Of a DNA stretch of 64,000 bases, positions 13,358 to 25,100 are shown one piece after another; the stretch's first letter is position 1; the number at the start of each line of letters is the position of its first letter. The notes beneath the pieces are model-generated. The model ran no database searches. It was not told the DNA's origin and was given only the letters and a program-made list of their open reading frames with translations. The translations under genes were made by a program, and so were the position numbers. Location: NCBI GenBank assembly GCA_030704615.1, contig CM060731.1:49290001-49354000 (forward strand), written 5' to 3'. Origin of the DNA: Takakia lepidozioides. Taxonomy: Eukaryota; Plantae; Bryophyta.

Positions 13358-16300
13358 AAAGTTTGTTCCTTAGTTAGTTAAGATGGAAGGCACATTTGCG
13401 GAAATGGTCGCCACATTGCAGAGTCTTCAGCTCCAGATGCAAGAACAACGTTTGGAGAGAATGATAGAGAGAGAGTTACAGAGACAAAGATGCGAAATCT
13501 TCGACAAAGAGTACGTCCAGCTTCCGTTTATGCTGCCGAATTTCGACAACTTATGTGCAACCTCGACTGGAATGAGAAGAGCGTCATTAGTCAGTTTCGA
13601 TGTGGCCTAAAATATGATGTAAAAGATTTGTTGCTGACAATGCCAAACGTGAGTACACAGAGCGGATTTATCACCAAAGTCATTGCATGCGATAATCGTT
13701 TGTTCGAAAGACGTCAAGAAAAATGATCTGGATGGTCAACAACGCACCATACCGCTGCTACTACGACACCAAATACAACGATCCATCAGACATCCGGTAA
13801 TGATCCTATGCAGATTGATGCTGTCCGATTCAAGCCATTGATGCCACAAGAAAAACAAAGACGACGCTCAAATGGATTATGCCTTTATTGTGGAGAAGAT
13901 GATCACATAGCATTAAACTGCCCCAACAAGAGAAGATTCAAAACTCGGGGCACAACTCAAGTATTTGATATGAGGAGGTCGGAAACGAAGATGTCCAGTC
14001 ACAGTAGGAACCATGTGGCTGGAAACTCCAAATTCCTCACAAAAAAAATGTCTCTTTCTACCTCCAGACCCTGTACCTTGTTTCACAGTTCCAGTAAAGA
14101 TCAGGATGCAAAATCGAGACATCTCCCTATAAGCACTTTTGGACTCGGGCGCTTCAGCGTGTTTTATTGACAAAGACTTTGCGAAGCAACACAATTTAAC
14201 GCTCGTAAAAAAGAAATTTTCGGCCTCTGTTGAAGTCATCGATGGACGACCGTTAGCATCATGAAATATTGACCATCAAACTCGACCCCTTGAAGTGAAG
14301 CTTAAAAATCAAGCATCACAGATTGTTTTCAATGTCATCCAGTCTCCAACGAATCCTGTGATCCTTGGACTTCCCTGGTTTGTACTTCATAATCCTGACA
14401 TCGACTGACAATCACGAAAATTTTCGGCAAGACAAAAATGCAAAAGTACTAAAGGTATTCAACCCATGTTTCTTGGAGCTAGAGCCTTCATGAGAGTTAC
14501 GAAGAAAGACGCGACATTTGCGCTTTATGCGACTCCGATCAAAACCATAACAGACCAAGGTACTTCGACATTACCCACTCAATATCAAGATTTCAAGGAT
14601 GTCTTCGAGAAGAAAAATGCAGACTTGTTGCCAGAACATCGACCTTATGATTGTGCAATTGAGTTGCAAGAATGAGCTCAACCACCATTCGTCCCGATCT
14701 ACAATTTATCTCAGACGGAGCTGGCTATTTTACGCGAATACATTGATGAAAATTTGTCAAAGAATTTCATTCGACATTCGAAATCACCCGCGGGAGCACC
14801 TATTTTATTTGTGAAGAAGAAGGACGGATCATTACGCATGTGTGTGGATTATCGTGGGCTCAACAAAGTCACTATAAAAAATCGTTACCCACTACCGCTG
14901 ATTTTCGGACTTCTCGAACAGCTTGGACGAGCAAATTTTTTCACAAAGATCGACTTGAGAGGAGCTTCACAAGGTATGGACATTTCGAATACAGTGTTAT
15001 GCCTTTTGGTCTTACAAATGCTCCAGGAATTTATTCAACACATGTTGAATGACATCTTTCGAGAATTTTTAGATGACTTTATAGTCATCTATTTGGACGA
15101 CATTTTGATATTTTCACAGAATGAAAAAGAACATGGTCGCCATGTACGTATTGTCCTTGATAAATTGAGGGAAAAATGACTATATGCCAAGTTGGAAAAA
15201 TATCTATTCCACCAATCTGAAGTCGAATTTTTGGGCTACATTATTTCCGACAAATGAGTCTTTATGGATCAAAAGAAAATACAAACCATCATCAAGTGGA
15301 TTAAACCAACTTCGGTCTGAGATGTACAATGTTTTCTAGGATTTGCAAATTTCTATAGAATCTTCATCAAGGAAATTGCTGCACCAATGACACGAATCAC
15401 AGAGAAGGACAAATTTGTATAGGACGAGAAGGCTGACCAAACATTTGAAAGGCTGAAGCAGACATTTACAACGACTCCAATACTGGTACATGCAAACCCA
15501 TCTAAACCGTTCTTTTTGGAAGCAGATGCATCAGACTTTGCACTTGGCGCGGTACTCTCTCAATACGGTACAGATGGCCGACTTCACCCTGTTGGTTTTC
15601 GTGCTCGCAAATTTTCCGCTGCGGAGATCAATTATAAAATCCATGACAAAGAACTTTTAGCGATTATCGATGCTTTTGAGGAGTGACGTCATCTATTGGA
15701 GGGAGCTCAACATCAGGTCACTGTCTATACCGATCACAAAAACCTTGAGTATTTTATGAGTGCTCGTATTTTTGAATCGACGTCAAGCGAGATGGAGTAT
15801 GTCACTAGTATGTCATTAGCAAGGTTTGATTTTGTTGTTACCTACTGTCCCGGACATCTTCAAGGAAAACCAGATGCTCTTTATCGACGATCGTATCTTG
15901 CGCCAATGGAAGGGGATGCAGCTTTTAACCAACAGAAATCCATCATCTTGAAACCAACAAATCTCCAATTGAATATGCTATCCATGTCCACCTATGACGA
16001 TGTAGAGATCATAAGGAGATTCAGAAAGCACTGAAGAGCGACCAATTTGCTATAACACTACGAAGTCAACTAAATTGACCTCGAGACAACCCACATGTTA
16101 CAAACGACTTTGAATTCAAAGATGACTTACTTTATTTCAAGAGACTTCTTTATGTACCTCCAAGACCTACACGACTTCGAATTCTTCAAACTCCGACTGT
16201 AGGACATTTCGGCTTCAACAAAACAATGGAATTGATATCCAGAGACTATTGGTGGCCGCAGATGTGGAAACTCGTGAAAGAATTTATAAAATCTTGCGAC

Positions 16301-18027
16301 ACGTGTGCTAGAGCGAAGGGACCACGACAATGACCTTACGGCCTTCTTCAACCATTATCCATTCCCAAGGGTCTATGGTCGTCCGTGTCTATGGACAATA
16401 TTACGGACCTTCCAATTTCCAAGACCACCGATTCAATCCTTGTTATTGTAGATCGTTTTACGAAGATGACACATTTCATTCCATGTAGGAAGACGGTTAC
16501 CGGCGAGGAAACTGCAAGACTCTTCCTCAATAATATTTTCCGCTTTCATGGACTCCCGAAGGACATCGTATGTGATCGAGGACCACAGTTCATATCAAAT
16601 TTCTGGAGGGGATTATTTCACATATTGGATACTAAGATCAACATCTCTACAGCTAATCATCCACAGACTGATGGTCAAACCGAATGTGTAAATCAGATTT
16701 TGGAGCAGTATCTTCGCTGTACAATAAATTATCACCAATATAATTGGACGGACCTTCTGTCATTGGCTGAGTTTGCCTACAACAACACTATGCATTCTTC
16801 AACCAAGTAAACTCCATTTTTCTCTAATTATGGTTATCATCCTCGAGCAAATCCTTTCCACATGAAAACTGTTAGAAGCCCTGCTACAGAAAACATTGCT
16901 ATTCATCTTGCTACGATTCACAAGGAGCTTATATTCCACCTCGCAGAAGCTCAAAAACAATACAAGGAGTATGCAGATCAACGTCACCAATTTCAACCCC
17001 AGTTCAAGGTCGGAGATCGTGTGTGGCTTCTTTGACATGACATACAAACCTCGCGACCATAAAGGAAGTTGGATTATCAACGCTTGGGACCATTCAAAAT
17101 TATTCGACAAATAAATCCGGTCAGTTTTCGGTTTGGATTCCCACGAAGTATGCGCATCCATCCAGTCTTTCATGTTTCATTATTAGAGTGTATCATCCAT
17201 CGAATATTCTAGGGAGAGTTTCCGTACCACCTCCACCAATCGAAGTCAATCAGGAAATTGAGTATGAAGTCGACGAAATCCTAGACTCTCGTATCAAGTA
17301 TAAACGTCTTGAGTATTTCATATATTGGAAAGGCTACGACATCAGCGAACGAACGTGAGAACCTTCATCCAACCTCGCCATTGCATCTGATAAAGTCCAA
17401 GTTTCATCAACGATATCTAGCTAAGCCCCGAGCTACACGTCAATAAGACGTCACAACGATGATGTCAGCCAAGTTAGCTTCAAGGTGAAGACTCCACATT
17501 CAATGTACCTGATACAAGCTAAGGAGGGAGGAGCACCACACATCAGTATATATAGTACACTTCTAGCACTCGTGCATCTTGTATTGACAGCATGGAGTTA
17601 ATAGATACATTGGAGTTGTCGCTTACCCAATTACCAGATCACCGTTTCGACTCTCACGACCTTCAATATCACGCCGACGCTCTTGAGACGATGGGCCACC
17701 AATGCGACGCGTACTTCCTCGTCTGGACCCCGTACGACGACAAGTGGAGCCTACTCGAAGTCTGATAATTCTATTGGAGGTTGAGGCTTCGGACCCAGAG
17801 GGCAACGAAATCATGTTTGAAGGCAACTTCGAAAATCAGAATGCTCAAATCACTGCGTGGTTCCAAATTCAAGGTGTTGGACACTATCGATGGTTGCAGT
17901 GACTTATAAATCATTTAAGTCAAGAACGAAGAGCCGAATACTTGGCAAGTACCATTCGCCGGATTTTGGATTTTCTCCAACTCTAAGCAAGTTCAAGATT
18001 TTACCGCTCATCGAGGAACTCGGCGCT

Positions 18028-18040
18028 AGAGGAGGGGTGA
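18028..18040 (+). promoter_or_regulatory. Polypurine tract
   Basis: AGAGGAGGGGTGA immediately before the 3' LTR. Confidence 0.85.
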
Positions 18041-18577
18041 TGTCACGGACATAGCCCAGATGAACTTACAAGAAGTAAATACCAAAAATTACCAAGTTAT
18101 CAAGTTACTGAGAGTTTATAAAATTACCAAGAATAACTTGGGAAATTGCTTAGGAAGCTTCCTTTGGAGGAAACTTCTCCATCAAGAAACCTCTATAGAG
18201 GAAGCTTCTTAGGGATTTTCTTAGTAACCAGTATATATAGGAGGTGAGACTGTATACTCTTCAGTCTCGCCAACACCAGTTCAAACTACTATTGTTTCCA
18301 GTTCCCAGTACTCCAGTCCAGTATCGATTTTGTTTTTGGCTCAATTTTGTTCTGCGGCTTCCAGCATCCCACGGCTACTCCCCCGCCAAAATTTGGACTA
18401 GCATTCTAGTATTCAAGTTGTGTTCCAATATCTTGCATCTTGTTCATTATTATAAAGATCGTCTTGATTCCTATTTACTTATCATGCATTCGGCCATGCC
18501 GACCTTGACTTCTTGTCTAGTCTTGTACCTCCAGTCTGATCTCTTGTTTGTATTCAATCATGTTCTCGTCATTGACA
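18041..18577 (+). repeat. 3' LTR of the chromovirus (537 bp)
   Basis: TGTCACGGACATAGCCCAGA...CATTGACA; aligns to the 5' LTR with substitutions and indels. Confidence 0.92.
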
Positions 18578-19018
18578 ATATTCTTATGCTCAATTGCATC
18601 TGCCACTCTCTGTAATCCAACAGGCATTGACCTTTTCGCATCGTTGTCCCACCATTGACTGGGGTCAGAAAAATATTCATTCCATAGCTTCTCCTCGTCT
18701 CTGTTATTGACGGCGTGAAGCACTTCCAGCAAACACCCCAACCCTACTTATCACACTAGTTCCCACTTCTTGTGTGTGCTGCTTGTGTCTATAGTTAAGT
18801 AATGTCGGATTGGTCTGTGAGAACCACCACGGTGCAGCTGAGCAGGTAGAGATTGAAACACGAACTGCTAAGACCAACCTGATTCTCCCAAGAACCTTGT
18901 AAACATAGGGAGAATACCAAATCATGGTACTAAGAGCCCCCATTTGCAGGATGGACAAAGTTCTTCACATCGTACATTAAGAAAAGCCACATATTGCGAT
19001 TGCGGTTGTCATACCATC

Positions 19019-19748
19019 GTGAGAGCTCCTGCGCACTGTACTCATAATCTGCAAATGTCTCCATCTGCGATCGGCGTATGAAACCCCTCCTGCAGTTCAA
19101 AAAGATCATGAATCGAGTAAGTCCGGACAGTTCCGGAAAACTTGGCACGAGGAGTTCTATCGTTTTCCGGGCGGGCACTCCGGGCAAATTCCAAAAATTG
19201 TGGCGACGATGACGTGACGACGATGACGAGGCACAACGTTGGACAACCCGTTGTGAGAGCTTCTGCGCGCTGTACTCATAATCTGCAAATGTCTCCATCT
19301 GCGATCGGCGTGTGAAACCCCACCTGTAGTTAAAGAAGATCATGAACCGGATAGTCCAGGCAGTTCCGAAAAATTTGGCACGAAGAGTTCTATTGACGTT
19401 TTTTGGGCGGGCAGTCCGGGCAAATTCCAAAAAATTTGACAACGACGTTGCAATAAAACGTGGCGACGATGACGTGGCACTATGACACCCTATATCTGCT
19501 CTACGCTAAACTAGCTCCTACAGTTCAAGAAGATCAAGAAATGGGTAATCCGGGCAGTTTCGAAAAACTTGGCATGAGGAGTTCTATTGGCGTTTTCCAG
19601 GCGGGCAGTACAGGCAAATTCCAAAAAATTAGACGACGATGACGTGGCGACGAAACATGGCTACAAAACGTGGCAATGCTGACATGGCACTATGACACCC
19701 TATATCTTTTCTACGCTAAACTAGCTTCCGACCTTCGGTCGTCGCTAG
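19019..19748. repeat. Array of ~3 degenerate 210-235 bp units ending in a CTAG-bounded hairpin; possible non-autonomous element
   Basis: GTGAGAGCT.CTGCGC.CTGTACTCATAATCTGCAAATGTCTCC at ~19019 and ~19253; GGCAAATTCCAAAAA three times; TATGACACCCTATATCT twice; terminal CTAGC-TTC-CGACC-TTC-GGTCG-TC-GCTAG at 19721-19748. Confidence 0.7.
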
Positions 19749-19833
19749 AATATCTACAATTTTAACTTTCTAGTGTGGGACTTGTCAAAGGATTGGGAGA
19801 AAGAAACGATCGACATCTGCCTCTCAAAGTCAC

Positions 19834-21147
19834 TCAGGAAATTCTCCGGGACTTCTTTCCTAGCTTGATCATCTCCATGTCTCGAATCAAAGATATAGGA
19901 ATCTTGGTTGAAAACAACCCCTTGCTCTCCAACCTTGCCATTGTCCGCTGAACAAGTCCCCCAATCATTGCATTCCATGTGACCACATTTCGTTCAAGCA
20001 TTCTCAGGAACATTCGGCGTGCATCCACCACACTTCCACACTTGAAATACATGCTGACAAGGGCAGTCCCCACTTGTACATCTGACTCAACTCGAGCATT
20101 GATGATGCCCTCATGGAGCAGTTTGCCCTGTTCCAGAGATTCGGGGATGGCACATGCATTAAGGATGCTAATGAAAGTGACCTTGTTTGGCTTCACCCCT
20201 TCTTGTTGCATTTGAAGGAAAAGTTCAAATGCCTGACCATGATCATGCTGCGCAGAGCCTGTAATCATCGCAGTCCATGAGACCACATCTCGATTAGGCA
20301 TTCTGTCAAATACTCGTCGGGCATCCACCACACTCCTGCAATTGCAATACATGCTGACAATGTCGGTCGCCACTTGGACATCTGACGATAATCCAGCTTT
20401 GATTATGCCCAAATGGACGTGCTTGCCTTGTTCCAGATTTGCCTGGGTGGTGCATGCCTTGAGGATGCTTATGAAAGTGACTTTGTTGGGCTTCATGCCT
20501 TCTTTTTGCATTTGCTGGAAGAGTTCAAATGCCTCTTCACCATGACCATGCTGGACAGATCCTGCAATCATCACAGTCCATGAGACCACATCTCGAATCG
20601 GCAGTTTGTCAAATACTTGGCGAGCATCCACAAGACTCCCGCACTTGCAATACATGCTAACAAGGGCAGTCCCCACGTGGACATCCGACTCCAATCCAGC
20701 TTTGATGATGCCCGAATGGAGCCTTTTGCCCTGGATCAGGGTTACTGGGCTGGCACATGCATTCAGGATGCTCATGAAAGTGACCTTGTTTGGCTTGACG
20801 CCCTCCCGTTGCATTCGCCAGAAGAGTTCAAATGCCTCTTCACCATGTCCTTGCTGAACTAATCCAGCAATCATCGCAGTCCATGAAATCACATTGCGTT
20901 CAGGCATTATGTCGAACACTTGGCGCGCATCCACAACACTCCCGCACTTGCAGTACATACTGAGGAGGCTGTTTCCTAGGAAGATGTCTAGCTTAAAGCG
21001 ACTTTTGATGATATGGGAATGGACCCCCTTGCCATCTGCCAGAGCCTTCATCTTAGCAAACCCCAGCAAGAGACGAGCACAGACATCAGAGTATGCCCGA
21101 AAGCCTCGTTGCTCCATCAGATCCAGATTGTGGACTGCCTCCTTCAT
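19834..21147 (-). CDS. PLS-class PPR protein truncated at the C-terminus (about 11 motifs plus a partial P; no P2L2S2/E/DYW); may be a pseudogene
   Basis: 437-aa ORF of L-S-(P-L-S)3 motifs; PPR similarity stops abruptly at NVVTWNAMIGGLVQ (~19945) and is followed by unrelated sequence. Confidence 0.8.
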   Translation of the reverse strand: MKEAVHNLDLMEQRGFRAYSDVCARLLLGFAKMKALADGKGVHSHIIKSRFKLDIFLGNSLLSMYCKCGSVVDARQVFDIMPERNVISWTAMIAGLVQQGHGEEAFELFWRMQREGVKPNKVTFMSILNACASPVTLIQGKRLHSGIIKAGLESDVHVGTALVSMYCKCGSLVDARQVFDKLPIRDVVSWTVMIAGSVQHGHGEEAFELFQQMQKEGMKPNKVTFISILKACTTQANLEQGKHVHLGIIKAGLSSDVQVATDIVSMYCNCRSVVDARRVFDRMPNRDVVSWTAMITGSAQHDHGQAFELFLQMQQEGVKPNKVTFISILNACAIPESLEQGKLLHEGIINARVESDVQVGTALVSMYFKCGSVVDARRMFLRMLERNVVTWNAMIGGLVQRTMARLESKGLFSTKIPISLIRDMEMIKLGKKSRRIS

Positions 21148-22112
21148 TTGTCTCTCCGCGCTCGCATTCCAAATAAATCCGCAACTGTCGTTATCTTCAT
21201 TGCTTCCACCCCTCTCTCGTCTTCGGCCACATTACAAGTAGAGGTGATGGTGGCAATTCCGAGATTCCTATGCTTGCCCCGACATTGGGGCGCAACAAAC
21301 GACTGGGTCTGATGCCAGACTTGCAATCCCACCTCCATGCATAATGAAACTCCGACATATCAATACAAGCGTATCATTTTGTTTGACTCAAACAGCAGAA
21401 GAGAGATGGAAAAGAGCATACCCGAAACTCCAAATGTCTCTTTGCAAACCCATGCCAATGATAGACCTCGAGTGGCAGCTGATTGAGGGTCCCCTGCACC
21501 TTCCATCTTCTGCACTCGTCTCTGCACCCCGTTCCTGCTCTACACCAAAACTAGTCTCGGACCTTCACTGGAATATTGTAAAACACGTTCTCGTCATGAG
21601 TCGTGGTCAGTCGGTCAGGGACTCTGTCGCCATAGCCAGAGCTCCAAGAAGTCTGATGAGCACATCCCCTCTCTATGCCGGCTACTCTGTACACATATCT
21701 CTCCTCCTTGTCTCTATTCCAGCGCTTAAACTTGACGCCTCCGAAATTGAATATGAAGGTAAGCGGATCAGACATGAAGTTCTTTGAAAAATCCTGCATT
21801 GGCATGGGCGTCTTGTGTGCAGCGCGATGAGCCTCTGAAGATGAACTGAGGTTGCCACTGGGAAATCTCGAGGAAATCTCGAGTATTTGCTTGATCCAGG
21901 AACAGTATATTGTAAGCGGAGTGATCTCTGATTTTTTCTGATTAGGTCATATACTTATCACTAGTCAATTCATTCATTCACTCACCAAAGATTCCCCGAA
22001 CCCTAAAACAGAAAACCAGAGTCTTGTACGAGTTTTGTGTAAGATTTGTGGGTGCGGATCTCAAAGCAGCAGAGCAGAGAGGGATCGAATGTGGCGGATT
22101 GGGTGAAGTGCA

Positions 22113-25100
22113 ATGAATTTTTCATGGGGTAGATGGTGGGGCTTCCAGGGTCGGACGGGGAGGATCAACCTGGCGTATGTGGTGGTGCTGGTGGTGTCCC
22201 CCTGTCTACTAATGGCTGCTCACTTCGCCATCCTTAGGGCCACTCCAAGGCCGTCGAACAGCAAAACATGCGATTTGCAGCATGGTACATTCTCGTGTGG
22301 TTTGAAACAAGGTTGATCTTTAGAAAGTAAAGAATTGCAGGGAAGGGATGAAATTTCAGGTCAATTCTATTGTTGGCCGTACGCGCATTGCTATAAACTA
22401 CATGTTGTTTTGATGACAGTTTTAGTTCATTGATGTGTCCAGTTCACGTACAACTTGGGAGTGTTGTAGGCTCAGAAGTGCTTAAGCCTTACAACTAACT
22501 GGCATGTTACCTTGGCTGGCTCTGGATCATTTCAGGCCAATGAACTGTCACCGCCAATTTGCACTCGATGTTCTTAACGTCATTGTCAGTAACATGATAG
22601 ATGCATTCTGGGCACAGTGTGTGCTGGACATTGCCTGTGGCGAATGCAAACAGAGCTTGGCTGGAAATTCTTTGCATGGATAGTTTTGACCCTGCTAGTG
22701 ATGGTGACAGCTGTTTAGGTGCCATGTTCACACCTGATTACATGGTCTCGTGGCTATATCTAACAGTAAGCAGAATGAGTGTAGATGGGGAAACTTTTCA
22801 ACTGATTTCATTGCACCCAAGATAGCTGAGCCACATCTACTGAGCATTTTAGTATATATAGAATATTGTCTAGGATATGTTGCAACCTCTCTCTCAACTT
22901 TTGAATGCGGGGTTCTTGCAGAAGGTCTTATAGGCATCCATAACAGTCAACGCACTCAGTTGTACGAGAAGATGGCTATTGATCTAGAGATTCGTGGACC
23001 CTTGTTTGTTGGTGGTGGTGAGACTTCACAATCACTTATGGTAATCTGGCAATATGCTAAAACAAACTTCCAATGGATTGTGGAAAGATAGAGGTTGGCT
23101 AAGTAGCCAGAGCAATTCACCTACTGTCTCAGGGATTTTGATGTTACTTTAGTTGAGCTTGACATTTGGAGGCCTGCTCGTTAACACCAAACTCTAAGAC
23201 AGACTTGTGGAGGCTCCATGGCAATGTTCACATCACAATCTAAGATTGGTTGTTGGTCGAAAACATTAGGAACCCCTATTCTGAGTATTGTTGCAGCAGG
23301 GAGTGGCATACGGACTAGGAATGGTTTGTGGATAGAGGTCCCTCACTTGGTTTAGCCTGCCTAGAAGTGGACAAAAGCGTTTATATTGTATATGACCACC
23401 CAAATTCTGTCCCAGTTGCATCTGAATTCTAGGCTTGAAGTTGGAGTTGGAATAGGGGTCAAGTTGGGTCTATTCTTGGCATCTGATGTGATTGGGAGGA
23501 ACTGTGTCGTGCATGTAACAGCTTTCAGATCTTTTCACAGTGAAGGATGGGACAGTCATCCCTTTGCACAAGGTGTGACTCTCTGAGTAAGGCTACAAAT
23601 AAAAACTGATAGGGAACCCTTTGATAAGATCAAATCCTTTTTCTGGCTTGTATGATCTGTGCCCTTCATCCTCCTGGTGCTATGGTGGGCTGCTGCTGTA
23701 GCCTATGCTTCAAGTAGTTCTTGAAGCTTGCGTCTTCTTGTTTGTTGGGCCTCCTTTGTTACCTTTGTATGGTTGCTGAGGTGTTAAAATGGAGATCTTT
23801 TCTAATAAAGCTTGTGCAAGGGTCTCAACCCTTTCCTCTTCGCAGTTTATAAAGTGGGAAAGAGAAGGTGTCATAGGATGTCAAGTAATGCCGATGGATA
23901 GGAATGGATTGGAGGAAAGAGAATCAGCTCTGAATCCTATCTTCTTTTATATTTGTGGCTCTGTAAAATTGAGTGCATGCTGACAATCTATTGACTTTGA
24001 GGTCTCTGATTCTGCAGAAAGCAGACCCACCAGTGCGTGCCATTGTTCTATATCTTGACAACAATACAGCTCTTCAAATTTCGTAAGATACGATGTGTCA
24101 TTGTCAGGATTAGAGTCTATTATTTATTTGTTTTTCACTACTAAAAGGAAAGCCTCTGATCAGATGAGGTTGTGTTAGCCAGGGCTTTATCCATGTATTG
24201 GACGTGCTACTGCCTAGACGTCTTTGTGATTGAACTAGCATGAGAGACACAAATTCAAATGAACTGGGCTACAGCAGCAGAAATGGCAAACATAGCTGTG
24301 ATTCTCACATTCTCTCCTTTCTTCTTCCTCTTCCTCTTTCTATCTGTTGCTCGTGTAACTACCAACTATTCTACTATAGCTTTGTGCTTCTCAGACCTTA
24401 TCAAGCCCCCATTATCTCTGGGTTTTTGCATGAAACAAGTTTACTATTGGTTGTCACGAAAGGCTAACTTGTTGGGAGACGGTGCAGGATGACCGTGAAA
24501 AAAGTCCTCTCTCCTCATTTCCATAAAGAAGGTAAGTGAGAGTTATTCACCACAATTTACCTTTCCGCTTTCATACTTTGAACACAAAATTAATTTCTGT
24601 TCATACTCAAAATAGCGTTTCATACCTTTCCCCTTTCATTTTCTGTTCAAAATAGATTTTGCAATTTACCTTTCCCCTTTCATACTTTGAACACAAAATA
24701 GATCATCCTTCCATAACAGATTTGTTGTTTGAGCAGGGATATGGTATCAGGATCCAAGGCTCTATCATTTCAGTATGTACCATGCATCAAATCACGAGAA
24801 CCCTGTGCCTGCCACACGCAAAGAGGTAAGAACTGCTTCAAGTGTTTAGTTCTGACTATTGCAGGTGGACAGCTGTGATGATTCTCCAGTAGAATTGGCT
24901 ATATTACTATTGTATCTTTGTCCACATAGACCAGAGCTCAATGAGAGTGCTAATCTGATGTGTTGCCTTAGCGTACTATAATTAGTAAAGAGATTCATGG
25001 TTCTTTCTGTCACTTGTGAGATTTTGGGAGCATATGTGACTGCCTGTTCATTTAAGTTGTTGTCTCATAGGACAATGGCCCTTCCTTCACGACGATGTTC

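Larger units (their letters stand above)
12743..18577 (+). mobile_element. Full-length but decayed Ty3/gypsy chromovirus LTR retrotransposon (Tcn1-like)
   Basis: Two TGTCA...TGACA LTRs; TSD ATATC/ATATT; gag with CCHC knuckle (CLYCGEDDHIALNC), protease (LLDSGAS), RT (YLDDILIFS), RNase H, integrase (SMDNITDLP...DRGPQF...QTDGQTE) and chromodomain (EYEVDEILDSR...YFIYWKGY). Many stops and frameshifts. Confidence 0.95.
8935..18930 (-). pseudogene. Pseudogenised PDF-motif / PLS-PPR / DYW gene interrupted by a chromovirus (in an intron) and a solo LTR (in the PPR tract)
   Basis: Many frameshifted PLS-PPR fragments across 9000-12400, E motifs (MDLLGRAG, SNIYAAADRWD) and a DYW remnant (PGRYCIEV...GYVPDTR, HSE segment deleted, then KNL*VFGDCHTSTKFISK). 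First PDF half-exon at ~18700-18632; second half starts at 12617, in frame with the PPR N-terminus. Confidence 0.9.

Noticed and set aside
19019-19748. CRISPR-like array
   Set aside because: Long degenerate units with no constant short repeat or unique spacers, no cas genes, and a eukaryotic context.
21150-21900. PDF exon upstream of the 437-aa PPR
   Set aside because: I looked for WWDN/PDF-like coding in the minus-strand frames and did not see it.
24545-24705. Intronic ~38-bp direct duplication (CAATTTACCTTTCC.CTTTCATACTTTGAACACAAAAT)
   Set aside because: Ordinary local slippage or duplication with no sign of function.
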